This document shows, piece by piece, positions 35,238-47,385 of a stretch of DNA of 64,000 bases. How positions within the stretch are numbered: the stretch's first letter is position 1; every line of letters starts with the position of its first letter. The translations under genes were made by a program, and so were the position numbers. The stretch is from Octopus sinensis (lineage: Eukaryota). The notes under the pieces were generated by a model that ran no database searches, was not told the DNA's origin, and saw only the letters and a program-made list of their open reading frames with translations. The stretch lies in NCBI RefSeq assembly GCF_006345805.1, contig NC_043010.1:36952001-37016000 (forward strand). Direction: 5' to 3'.

Positions 35238-35289
<52 letters not shown>

Positions 35290-35445
35290 GTATATAACGA
35301 GCTTCCTTCAGTTTATCGTCTGCCAAATCCACTCACAAAGCTTTGGTCAGCCTGAGGCTTATAGTAGAAGACACTTTCCCTAGGTGCCATGCAGTGGAAC
35401 TGAACCCAAAACCATGTGGTTGGGAAGCAAGCTTCTCACTACAGT
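35085..35445 (-). mobile_element. SINE family A
   Basis: Reverse copy with (CA)n spacer. Confidence 0.85.
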
Positions 35446-36239
35446 GGTATATATGTAGCTTCCGTATACTCCCATTTCTTCAAGGGTGTGTATGCTTATT
35501 TCCATGCAACCTTACATCACCATTGTCCATCATCATCATCATCGTCATGGTCGCATAGTTGTAACTTAGTTTAATTATTGCATCAATTATTAATAGTAAC
35601 AAACAATGTAGCCTTATTTACTTCTGTAAGATAAAATATTCAGTTATTGTTTAAACATCTCTCTACACCTGACTCCACCCTCAGTGAAGATGGAGAAGGG
35701 GCAAAGACAAATAAATAGAGCCAGTCACAGCAATAGATGCAATTTGCTGATCCAGCACACCAGATATAACAAATCTTTTGCCTGATTGCAACATACTCTG
35801 TCTCCTCAAACATATATCATTAAGCTAATGTTAGGAGCATAAATTGTGACTAAGGTTTGGTGGAAGATTTTAATTCAGAACTTTTGAAAACAAGACATTT
35901 GTACTACAGAGCCAGAGGCAGTTTCAGGCAGGTTGGTATCAAAAGGGTTAAGACAAGTAAAGTGGGTTGTGTCTTGGAAGAGTCATTATTACACCAATAA
36001 TAACACATGCACTGGTTCAATATCACTTCTTAATTGCTAGTTAGTTGGTTGGTTAAATATTTCACCAACTAACTAATTGATCATTTGTTTAATGAGCTGG
36101 TTAAGCAATCAATCGGTTGTTTGTTAGTCAAAGTTTTTTCATCACTGCTAGTGACCTTATTAGTGACTTCCGTCTCACTCTCCAAACCAAGCGCAAAAAA
36201 GAAGAGATCTGAGGAAAATTTGGTTGCTATTTTCAACAG

Positions 36240-36310
36240 GTCTAGCAACCTTGGTGGTGGTAGTAATGGTGGCTTTCTCTCTTAGGGCTGTGCCGGAATA
36301 CTGTATCCAT
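36240..36310 (+). CDS. candidate exon (hydrophobic peptide)
   Basis: TTGCTATTTTCAACAG|...CAT|GTATGA; (G)LATLVVVVMVAFSLRAVPEYCIH; an alternative acceptor CTTTCTCTCTTAG gives GCAGILYPCM. Confidence 0.2.
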
Positions 36311-36599
36311 GTATGAGGTACAGTATGTGTTTAAGTGTTTGCTTGGTGATGTGTATTGATATAATGTTGATCTGAATGTATTGATATGATAGTATCTTAT
36401 TACTTTGCCTTCCACCTACACCTTGTATATAAGCACACACTTTGTAAAAAAAGGCAGGCTACCCTCCCTCCCATCCACCATCGCCCTTTTATTTCTTATC
36501 AACTGAGATTATTGACAAGCTAAATGGCCAGGAATGTTACTTCCCTGTCACCTCTGCTACCTACACTCCAACCAACACCACCACCAAGACAAAGTGAGA

Positions 36600-37070
36600 G
36601 CTTTTGTGTGATCACAGGACTTGCTAGAAATAGCAGTCAAATCTCTCCTTTGCTTTACATTCTATTGTATTTGGAAAGAACATGTTGGATCTCAGATCAA
36701 ATCACTTGCTATGCAAGTACATCTCCATAATGTTGGATAGTGTTGTCTTTAGTGGTCATGTCTAGAATACCTTTGATCATAGGTCTGCTTGGTTAGTGCT
36801 TACCTGATGTTAAATAACTGGGGTAACAACACTGTTCTACCTGCTGACCTACAGTATTCCTTTATGTATGTTAGTGCTAGAAATAACAGCCAAATCTCCC
36901 TTATATTCTGCCTTATTGCCATGAAAACTGGGAAAGACACATTGAATGATGTCCAAGATGCACCCTGTTGGCAAATAAATACATTTGTAAATAGACAGGA
37001 TGGTCATGTGTGAAAAGAGTTTTGACCATAGGTCTGCTTGATTACGTTTTGATCACTTTTGACTTGGGGT
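36600..37070 (+). mobile_element. two tandem copies of an unclassified dispersed repeat
   Basis: TGCTAGAAATA(G/A)CAG(T/C)CAAATCTC...GGTCATG...TTTGA(T/C)CATAGGTCTGCTTG twice; fragments also near 124, 9140, 50740, 60790, 61710. Confidence 0.6.
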
Positions 37071-38047
37071 TAAATAAACAAAAGTAAAAAAAAAAAACAA
37101 GAGAAAAAAAAGCAAAAAAACCCCCCTCTGTTTTCAGGCTTTAAAATTGTTAATTTTCATTTATTTATTTATCATGACTTATCTTAAAGGTTAGTTGTGT
37201 AAAGTGAGAGGAGGTGGAACTTTGTGGAGTTGTGTGTGTAGTAGTAATAGTTTGGTCCAGCTGGTGTAGATGAGTGTGTGTGTGTGTGTGTGTAAGTATG
37301 TGCTTGCCTGTCACTGTGTGATCAAGCTAGTCAGTTGTGAGATTCTTTGAAGAGTTCAATGCTAGGTCAAGATGCATAGTTCTATATTTGTTGTGAGTGA
37401 TTTCTCATTTCTTTTCTCTTTGTCTTTCTCACTGCTTTATTTATTTATTTTTTTTTTTTGCCTTTTTTACTCTCTCTCCGAACACACACACACACACATA
37501 TATATATATATTGCCTTCAATAGTTGTCTCAACCCTCCCCCACATTGTTTTATATTTTTTTTTGTTAATCTATTAGTGTAGCTATTGTTAGTTTTTTTTT
37601 TCTTTTTTCAAATCAATTATATTACATCCTACCAATGACTCAAGCTTGACCTACATAGAGAATTAAGAAGGAAATATAAACTCATAATGCCCCCCCCCCC
37701 CCCACACATACACACAAACATATTTTACCTCTAGTACTGAATACTCTCTTCTTTCATCTAAAACCCTACAACAATCTGCTTATATACACATATACATATA
37801 ATGGCTTTACCCCAGCATGGCCACAGGCCACAGCCTTTGGGTTAGAGCACAAAAGAAATAATGGACAATGTATGTATGTATGTGTGTGTGTGCTGGGGCA
37901 CTTATTGCCTTCAAGAGTTTTTAGTTAAGCACAAAGCCCTAATACATATCTCACTTTAGTACTTATTTTATTAATTCCTGTATGTTGAACTGTTAAGTTA
38001 TGAAATATGGAGGATTGTGAGATAGATTGCTCCTTTTAAGTTTTGTG

Positions 38048-38360
38048 AATGCACATGGCTTAGTGGTTAGGGTCACGATTGTAAGGTTGTGAGTTCACTT
38101 TCAGGCGACGCGTTGTATACTTGAGTAAGACTTTGTATTTCATGCTGCTCCTGTCCGCTCAGCTAGCAAAAATGAGTAGTACCTGTAACTCAAAGGGCCA
38201 GTCTTGTCACATTGTGTCATGCTGAATCTCCCTGAGAAACTACATTAAGGGTACGCGTGTCTTTGGAGCGCTCAGCCACGTGCGTGCGTGTTAATTTCAC
38301 AAGCTGGCTGCTCCATTGAGTGGGTCAGCTGGAACAGTCATCGTAACTGACAGCATGCCA
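38048..38360 (+). mobile_element. tRNA-derived SINE, family D-related
   Basis: TGGCTTAGTGGTTAGGG...GTGAGTTCAC...CTTGAGTAAGACTTTGTATTTC...CTCAGCTAGCAAAAATGAGTAGTACC. Confidence 0.7.
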
Positions 38361-40519
38361 GATAAATAGAGATGCACACACACACACACACATGTTCGTA
38401 CACACACACATGTTCGTACACACACACATGTATGTACACACACACACTTGACTGTGATTAAATAGTTTACTTAGCAACATTTTTAATCATAATTTCATGT
38501 GCAGTACTTTGGGCCAGCATCTTTTACTATAGTCTGGGGGGGAGGCAACCATAGTCCAAAGCCTTCTGAACAAAATTCCATAGGTGAAAACTGTGTGGAA
38601 GCTTGTTATAATTTAAAGGGCCTTTGTGTGGTTAATTCTACTTGGGGATTACATTAACAGTCTATTAGCATCATCATCGTAGTTTTAACATCCAGTTTTC
38701 CATACTCACATGAGTGGAACAGAATTTGTCAAGGCTGATTTTCTCCAGCCAGTTTGTCCTTCCTATCACCAACCCTCACTTATTTCTTTCCTCATTTTGA
38801 TACTGCATAATGGTTTGAAACCAGCATCATTCGTTTCCATGTCAGGCCACAGGAGAGTTGAACTATGAAAGGATAAAATTCTGTAATATCAAACTAAGTA
38901 AATTTACAGTCACATTCCACCTCTATCCAGACACACACACATACACACATCATTCTTTTATTACTTGTACTGTGTTACAGTTGCATACCACCTCAATTTA
39001 TCTCTCTTTTCATCCCCTATAACTTGCCTCATGCATCAGTTCCAACCCCCCCCCCAACTACTTACACATAATCCTTCTTCTCTATATAACCCTCTGGAAT
39101 TTAACTTCCCTTCTCACCCGTCAGTTTTCTTGGATGTCATGGACTTTCAGATATTCAAACTGAACATCAACTGTATCAATCTCACCCGTTTCAGAGGTCT
39201 TTGGAGGGTTATAGGCACTCCTCTTTCCTCTTAACTAAGCCATGAAAACAACCAAAATAAATAGTTGGATAAAAATACATGTTCTGGATGCCAAGGACAT
39301 TCAACAAAGTTTAAATTTTGATATTTTCCCTCCTCCACTTCTGTTCCGTTTTCTTTTGTCATCTTTTGAGATTTGACTCTACACTCAGCTGAACTGCACA
39401 AATTGTATTTATTCTACAATGAAAGCCAACTTAATTATCTGCTAATTAATAATTTAAAAGTCGAAATGAATTATTCGCTCGAAAGTTTGAAAATTGTGAT
39501 ACGAAACAACTGAATATCTTTTTGAGGTAATTCATCTATAATTGAGCTAGTTTGCATTACAAAGAATACACCTGGGTGTACTTAAACTGAGTGAAAGGAA
39601 ACTTGAAATATTTAGGCTAAATTTTTTTTAAATGAAACAAACATTGTACAAATCCACCATGTAGTTATCATTGCTTCCTGTCTATCAGTGTCTTGCATTT
39701 CGAAGTATATAAACATGCTTCATTGATATTTTATATAGCAATTGATGAACAATAGTGTCATTGGTTACAGGCTTCTGGCATGTCAGTGACTGGTTCACTG
39801 CATTTCTGACAGAAATGGTGATATGGAAGTGTTTGTAACTCATTGCTGAGCAAATATCTCAAAGGGCTATGTTTGAAAACTGTGGGATGTCTTTTTGGTT
39901 ATTTTTGCGTTCTGAGTTTTTCTCATCAATATCCTTTAACTGAATACAAAAACAATGGCAGAAGACACACTGAAACATGCATGCACACAGACACACATGG
40001 CATCTACAAAGCTTCCATCTGCTAAGCTGCGCTCACAAGGCATTTCATCTGTTTGGTGCTGTGGTTGAAGCCACTTTCCAGTGAACTGTACAGTGGGATC
40101 AAACATGGAAACTCATGGTTGCAAAGAGAATTTCTTAATTACATAGTTATTCCAGATTGTATAGAATTTGACCATATTTCTTGGGAGAATAAACTGCCTT
40201 GTTACATTATCTAATTAACATGAAAATAATTAAGAATTTCAAGGGGTTTAATAAAAACAATTAACTTTTTTATTAACCTAGCATTTGGAACATAGACTGA
40301 GTATTTCAATTAATTTTCAATATAATCAAAGCTTGAGGTGTTTGTTTTTCTTTTTTATTCTTTAATTTCTGAAGCTTTATGTATTAGTATATTACACTGG
40401 TGTTGATTCCTTCCATTGTTGTACTTCACTTACACTACAATCAAACTTTGAAATTCTAATTTAAATATGTGCACTTTAGTCACAGGTGGGTCAGTAGATA
40501 ATTAATCCACATTACTCAT

Positions 40520-40930
40520 AAGGAGCATAGGACCACGGCCTTTTGTGCCAGTGGATGCCTTCTTGGGCTACCTTCTTGATTTCAGACTAAGAGATACTGA
40601 TCATTTTTGCATCATCCTCTATGCGTCTTTTCCAGGTCTCCTTAGATTGTCCAACTTTCTTCTTTCCTTTCAGTTGTCAGTCTAACACTTGCGTTGCAAT
40701 ACTGCTTGGAGATCTCCTTGGAATGTGTCTGATCCAGACCCATTTCCTTTTCAGATTTTCTTGATTGATGGGGGTTTGGTTCATTTTATCCCATAATCTT
40801 CTGTTTGAAATTTTGTCTGGTTACCAGATCTTGAGGATCTGGCACAAACATTTTTTGACAAAGATCTATAGCTTTATCTTTATGGCTTTGGTGACTCTCC
40901 AATTTTCTGGTCTGTCAAGAATGACCGTGA
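40520..40930 (-). pseudogene. RTE-clade LINE C-terminal relic
   Basis: - strand KCLCQILKIW*PDKISNRRLWDKMNQTPI...RKWVWIRHIPRRSPSSIATQVLD*QLKGKKKVGQSKETWKR. Confidence 0.75.
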
Positions 40931-41907
40931 CAATAGGGAAAATGTTAATTAAGCAGGTGCTCAAAGCATAACTTAACAAAAAGTTGTTTTTTTTATACTT
41001 ATCATAGAATTAATTGTGGGAGATTTTAATTTAAATATGGGCAGTTTAAAATGAACAGATTTTGTGTTATATAACCAACCAGGTGTGGCTTCAGCTAGAT
41101 GTGTATGTTATCAGAAAATGTAATGGAAAAATTTCCTTATACCTAATGCTTTCATTAACAGTTGACATAATTGGCTATTTCCCTTCCTGAAAATTTGTAG
41201 CTTTCTTCCTTTGTTAAAAAGAACCATTATGCTGGTGCTTGTAACTATGTAGCCTCTAACAACATCTTGAGAAGAAACCAGAGTCTCACACTGGATGGAA
41301 TTGCTTGGGAATGACCCTCCTTCAGTTGACATGGGGAAATCACCCCTGCTGAAGACCTCCATCTTGGCTCAGAATCACCATACAGTCAGTGTAAGATATT
41401 CAACTGCTTAAGAATGAGATTGGGATTATCAAAAGTTGCTTTGCTCAGATGGGCTTACAAAATCAACCCAACTACTTGGGAATCTGTGGAGAAGCAGCTC
41501 CAACTATGGAGCATGGCCTTCTACTTTCCAACAGCTGCAGTTAGGGCCAGGTCAAAACCCATAGAAGCCCTAAGCACTGAAAAGCACAAGATATATGTAA
41601 TAATAAACATAAATGTTTCTGTGAAAAAACAAAAAAAGTATCTATTGAAAGATGATTGCTGATTGGCTATTACACTTCAAAACCAACCATTCACAATGTT
41701 TGTTTCATCAAGCTGATCAATCAGCCTGGGTGTCTCAAGAGGGTCAAAAATTTTCATGGCAATTATGAAAATCACATTCATTTATTTTTTTATTTCTGAG
41801 AAACCAATAAAAATGTCATGAATATTTTAATGATTGAAACTTTTCGTAATTTTAGCCAATCAGATCTATTCTCAATATTATGGGAATCCACAATTTCTTA
41901 TATAGCA

Positions 41908-42300
41908 AACTAGCAGTATCACCCGGTGTTGCTCGGGTTTGTTTCGACCCTTTAGAATTGGAATTTTTGAAAAGTAAAAATTTTGAATTATATAGCTTGT
42001 TGTTCTCTTTAAGTGAACATTTTTCTAGTTAAAATACACCAAAAAATGGCAATACAGCAGTTAAAAAATTGTAAAAAATAGGGATTTTCATAGAAAAAAA
42101 AGCACCTTTTTGATGTGAATAATTTTTGGTGTTAACATGGTCCGATTTGAATTTTTTCTTCTACGGAAGGAAGAGCAAGCCTTCTTCTATCATACTCTCA
42201 ATTTTGGTCAACTTGCGCTGCAGGGTCTCAGAGGAGATAGTGTTAGTTGAAGGCTACCAAACCTGCCATACACAGACAACTTCAGTTTTATATAGAGAGA
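41908..42300 (+). mobile_element. Helentron/HINE-like non-autonomous rolling-circle element
   Basis: 5' AACTAGCAGTATCACCCGGTGTTGCTCGGG hairpin; 3' CAGACAACTTCAGTTTTATATAGA; partial copy at 62702-62903. Confidence 0.6.
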
Positions 42301-42515
42301 GATTAATTGATACCATTGTGGGATTATGGTTAAGGTTTATTTAGCATTAAGGATTAATATTTGCAATGCATCACAGAATTTCATTGAAAATGTGTATGTG
42401 TTGTTTTCTTTCATGAAATATTTTCATCTGTAAATATTTTTGTAATATTCTTGTTATTAATTTCTCAAAACATAACAAGTTTTGATTTTTGTAACCTAAT
42501 GTCTTGAAAACATTA

Positions 42516-42922
42516 GGCGCAGGAGTGGCTGTGTGGTAAGTAGCTTGCTAACCAACCACATGGTTCCGGGTTCAGTCCCACTGCGTGGCATCTTGGGCAA
42601 GTGTCTTCTGCTATAGCCTCGGGCCAACCAATGCCTTGTGAGTGGATTTGGTAGACGGAAACTGAAAGAAGCCTGTCGTATATATGTATATATATATAAG
42701 TGTGTGTGTGTGTATATGTTTGTGTGTCTGTGTTTGTCCCTCTAGCATTGCTTGACAACCAATGCTGGTGTGTTTACGTCCACGTCACTTAGCGGTTCGG
42801 CAAAAGAGACCGATAGAATAAGTACTGGGCTTACAAAGAATAAGTCCCGGGGTCGATTTGCTCGACTAAAGGCGGTGCTCCAGCATGGCCGCAGTCAAAT
42901 GACTGAAACAAGTAAAAGAGTA
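42516..42922 (+). mobile_element. SINE family A (young, full length)
   Basis: Near-consensus copy. Confidence 0.92.
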
Positions 42923-43049
42923 AAACAACAACAAAATTTACTCTTTCCACTATGGTATGTAGACAATGGACAAATCTAGTTGGCTAAAATTACCAAAAGA
43001 ATTTTTATCTGTTTGTGATTTTTGTAGTGGTATGAAAAATGACATTTGC

Positions 43050-43350
43050 TCTTTTACTTGTTGTAGTCATACAACTGTGGCCATGCTGGAGTATCACCTT
43101 GTAGTATGCTTGTCAAACAAGTTAACCCCAGTACTTATTTTAAGTTTTTCTTACCAAAACACTAAGTTGCAAGAATGTAAACAAACCAACACAGGTTACT
43201 ATGTGATGGAGGGTGGATGGGGACAAAGATAAGTACACACACACACACACACACACATATATACACACACAGCATTTCTATCTGCCAAATTTATATAGAG
43301 TAGAAGACACTTGCCCAAGGTGCCATGCAATGGGATTGAACCCGAAACCA
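43050..43350 (-). mobile_element. SINE family A, degraded
   Basis: Reverse copy 130 bp from the 42516 copy. Confidence 0.7.
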
Positions 43351-44454
43351 CACATTTGTGATATCAAAATATGCTCTCTAGAACTACATTATTTTACATG
43401 AACCACCGATAAAGTGTGGTATGAGGGATATTTTTAGCTGCTGTTTCTAGCCAGTCAGAGCTCCCTCATTTTACTTCTAATGCTTCTGTGAGTGCAGGCA
43501 GCATGGAAGAAAGGAAATAGGCATGTCAATATATTTTTAATGGTGATTTATCCCTTGTGGGGGTGGGGGTGATGGGGTGGGGCTGTGCCAGTTGTGGCGG
43601 GGAGGGGGTTATGGGATGGGTATTGAGTATAATGTCATTCAGTAAGTACTCAGTTGCCTGACTAAATAAACTTTTGAAACCCTTGAGTCAGCTGACATTA
43701 TCATTATTACTTGTACTCACTCCCCCACTCCCACTTCATTTCCCTTAACAGGTGAGCAGGTATGTCAGTTAAAAAAAAGTTAATCAAGTCTAAGGTGAAT
43801 GTCATTTCCTTTATGTTCCTCTTTCCTCTGCTGAGGTTTTTATGTTCATTCATACTTCTAATTTTAAGTCAGCAAAGAAGCTATTTTAGCAGAAAACATC
43901 TATCTACCCATCCATCTGTTTATTCATTTACCTATCTACCTACCTGTCTATCTACTTATCTACCTACCTATTATATATGTTAGGCAGTGAGAGTTGCTAT
44001 GTGTGTGTATACACACACACTCACATTCATGTGTGTTTGCCACATGTGATGTACAGAAATTCTATTATCAATTTTTGTCATTAAATCATGGTTTGAGAGT
44101 ACTTTCATTAAAAAACACTTTAAGTGTGCAAGCTCATTAGACAAGCCTATTAGCCAAAGCTTAATGCGTGCAGGTTAATGTCTCCTTGTTGTGTATAAAG
44201 AAAAGTAGTTAAATCATACAAACAGGAAAAAAACGAATAATTAATATTTCTCATTCATGGGCAATACATAAGCAAGCACTAAGGGTCACTGTTAGCTCTG
44301 TTATAGCTTAACCCTTTCTTTAACATATTTCTGTTGAAATAAATCCCTACCTTCACTCCAATTAATTTTCAAAATAACAAAGACTTTAACAAAATAACTT
44401 TGTCTTTATTATTATTATTTATTATGGCTGGGTTCCAATCCAGGCTGCAGTAAC

Positions 44455-44720
44455 AAAGTCTACCTGCCAAGCTTTTCAGTCCATCATCACTGCCTCAATG
44501 TCCTGGATACATTCCAGGCCGGTATCTGCAATCAAGTTGTCGATGTAAGTGTGACAACATGTTCCTTCTTACATCACCACGAAGTGGGTTTCACAAAACT
44601 AATTTGGATGCTTCCAGCTCAGGATGGCACACACAGTGATCAAGTGGTCACAGCCATCTTTGCATGATCTTCTCACTAACTTTCAGCATTCATTTGTCAT
44701 ATGCTGCTGCCATTTCACAT
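44455..44720 (-). pseudogene. RTE-clade LINE 3' relic
   Basis: - strand QHMTNE..LKVSEKIMQR..HCVCHPELEASKLVL*NP..TYIDNLIADTGLECIQDIEAVMMD. Confidence 0.7.
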
Positions 44721-45029
44721 CTAGGTTTCAATCTAGATCACTTAAACCCTTCTAATACCAACCGCCTGAAACTGCCTTTGCTTCTTTGACACAAACTTTA
44801 ATAAAAACCTTCTGTCAATATTCCAATTCAATTTATGATCCAAACAACAGTTTAATAATGACAAATTTATTTTAATAAATTCTTTGTTTGTTTCAAAATG
44901 AATTGAGACAAAGTCTTATATTTCAACAGAAATATGGTTAACAAAAGGGTTAAACAAGGAGTTTGTATCATAAAACCGCAGGCAGTCTTAGGTATCAGAA
45001 GGGTTAAACTTAGGTACCACTAACTATAG

Positions 45030-45190
45030 CAATGCTTCACAGCCTTTTTCCATTTGCGGTACACTTATATTCTTTTCAAAATTTTGTAGCACGCTTGAAC
45101 TAAAAATATAACTAAATAGGGGAAAAAATTATATTTGGGGTTACACTGTGGCACACCAGTGTTCCACAACATACCGGTTGCAGAACACTG
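45030..45190. mobile_element. hAT-type MITE
   Basis: Perfect 8-bp TSD AACTATAG at 45022-45029 and 45191-45198; termini CAATGCTTC / CAGAACACTG. Confidence 0.8.
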
Positions 45191-45447
45191 AACTATAGCA
45201 ATAACTTAAAGATACCGCTAACCATAAAAATAGCTTGAACAGAGGTACTAATATCCATATCACTATATTATAAAGGAGTGTGTTCAGAGATTGAGTTCAA
45301 ACCTATTGCAATGGTGTTGTATTCTTGGACACGAGTACTTCATTCTATATTGACCTCAGTCTGACTAGTAGTTTGATGGATGACCTTGAAATTGAAAGTC
45401 CAGTTCACTGCATCAGTGCATACAGCACAATACATGTGTGAGTGTGT

Positions 45448-45810
45448 AGGCACAGGCATGGGCATGTGGTTTCCAGTTCGGTCCCATTGTGTGGCACTTT
45501 GGATAAGTGTCTAATGGATCAGGGTCTCGCCATTAGATTTGATAGATGGAAACAGAGAGAAGCCCATTATGTTTGCGTGTGTTTTTATCTCCTTGTCTTA
45601 ACATTGTTTGATAGTTGTAAACAAAAGCAACTGTCATACAAGCAATGTCCTTCATTTCCAGTCTTCCATGGAAACATGTCCAGCTTATGGGGGAAATATT
45701 ACAGGAAAACAGGTGAAGGTTAGCAAGAGAAAGGGCATCAGGTTGTAGAAAATTTACCTCAAAAAATTCCACAATACACACGCAAGCAGCATGGAGATGT
45801 TAATATATAT
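45448..45810 (+). mobile_element. SINE family C (family A head + RTE-type tail)
   Basis: Family A head joined to CTTGTCTTAACATTGTTTGATAGTTGTAAAC...AGGGCATCAGGTTGTAGAAAAT...GCATGGA; other pieces at 22720-22940, 28340-28570, 29415-29580, 38670-38780, 62965-63345. Confidence 0.7.
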
Positions 45811-46988
45811 ATATATATATATATAAAATGTTACATATTCTAAGTTCAAATTCTTTTCAGAAGGTTAATAGTTTAACTGGTGAGAGTTGGGGAGGGTGAT
45901 AAAATAGTTAGTACTTTTGTACTGGTCATTAGCTGAATTAACTAAATTCCCTTCTCCATATAGATTTTCATTGTTCACGTCAATGTTATTAACTTTATTC
46001 AGCAAACATAACCCTAGTCCTTATGAAGAATTCCTGTATACCATATCTTCTGAAAAATAAAAGAATAAAGATTACACAAGGAATGGAATTTACTCAAATA
46101 TCTGCACGCATATCTCATATTTGAATACTGTCTTTATTTCTGTGTCAAGTATCTCCTTGAAGACTCCCAGCTGGTCCTAGTCGATATGGAGGTTATCAAA
46201 CAACTGGCAGGAAGAGTCTAAAATGTTATTATTACTATTATTTGTATCCCAGCATTGCACACTGTCTGTAACCAAAGACGTTTAACTTTCAGATGGTTTG
46301 GTCTACCTCCAGACTTGTAAATAAATGATTAACCCTAGCTCATACTTGATTCAGCACACCTATAATCAACAGCATTCCAGAAGTGACCATCCCACCATTT
46401 TATATACTCCTGACTACAGTATCATCATCATCATTTAATGTCCTCTTTCCATGCTGGCATGGATTAGATAGTTTGACAGGAACTGGCAAGTCAGAAGGTT
46501 GTGCCAAATTCTACTGTCTACTTTGACATGGTTTCTATGGCTTTGCTTATTTTTATAAGATGGTAAGGAATGATTTGAGGAGAATTTGGGAGTTCTTGAA
46601 CCTATCAGCTCCTGTCAAACCATCCAGCCCATGCCAGCTTAGAACATGGGCATTAAACACTGTTGATGGTGATGATGATGATGGGTAATACAACATTAGG
46701 TATCTTATGCCTGAAGTCAAAATGGGATGTGGAATGGACATGAATGGGATACCTTTCACCATAAGCTTACTCAGTCAAGTCCATTTTGGCTAAACAACAT
46801 TCTTACATTTCAAGATTTTGATAGAAAAATTTAATATATCAATAGGAAGGGCAGTGATTAATTTTCCACAATATATATTCTTTCCTTGTGACAGAAAAAT
46901 TATTTTGCATATGAATCACCAGCTGTCTGTCTTTCTCTCTCTCTGTCTATTTTTCTCTCCCTCTGTCTGTTGCTCTCACTGTCTCACA

Positions 46989-46989
<1 letters not shown>

Positions 46990-47066
<77 letters not shown>
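46990..47066. repeat. (CT)n microsatellite
   Basis: Directly visible; explains ORF 46818-47333. Confidence 0.95.
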
Positions 47067-47159
47067 ATCTATCTATCATCACTATTGAACTTGAACTTTC
47101 AATTAAGTTGGTGGTGTTGTGTTAATAATGGTCACTCTCTCTCTGCTTTCCATTTGCTC

Positions 47160-47385
47160 CAACAAAGAGCAGTAGTCAGTGACCTTTCCATTCCAGGTGC
47201 ATTAGTCCTGAAATCCATTAAAGTACGTAAACAGTATTTGCTGCTATGGAGTTTAGAACAATTTGAAAATGGCCAACTAGTGTCACACATTAAGAAAGAG
47301 CTGGGCAACCAACCATGTCTTGTGTGCCAATGACAACATTGAACAAGCTTGTGACATGGTCCTATTCAGCAGGCTGCTGACTATT
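47160..47385 (+). pseudogene. mariner transposase N-terminal (HTH) relic
   Basis: With frameshifts: KEQ*SV...FENG/TSVTH*ERAGQPT/NDNIEQACDMVLFSRLLTI, resembling EQRAVI...FKNGRTSVTHEEGAGRPS..DDNIERARDMVLLDRRVTI. Confidence 0.65.
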
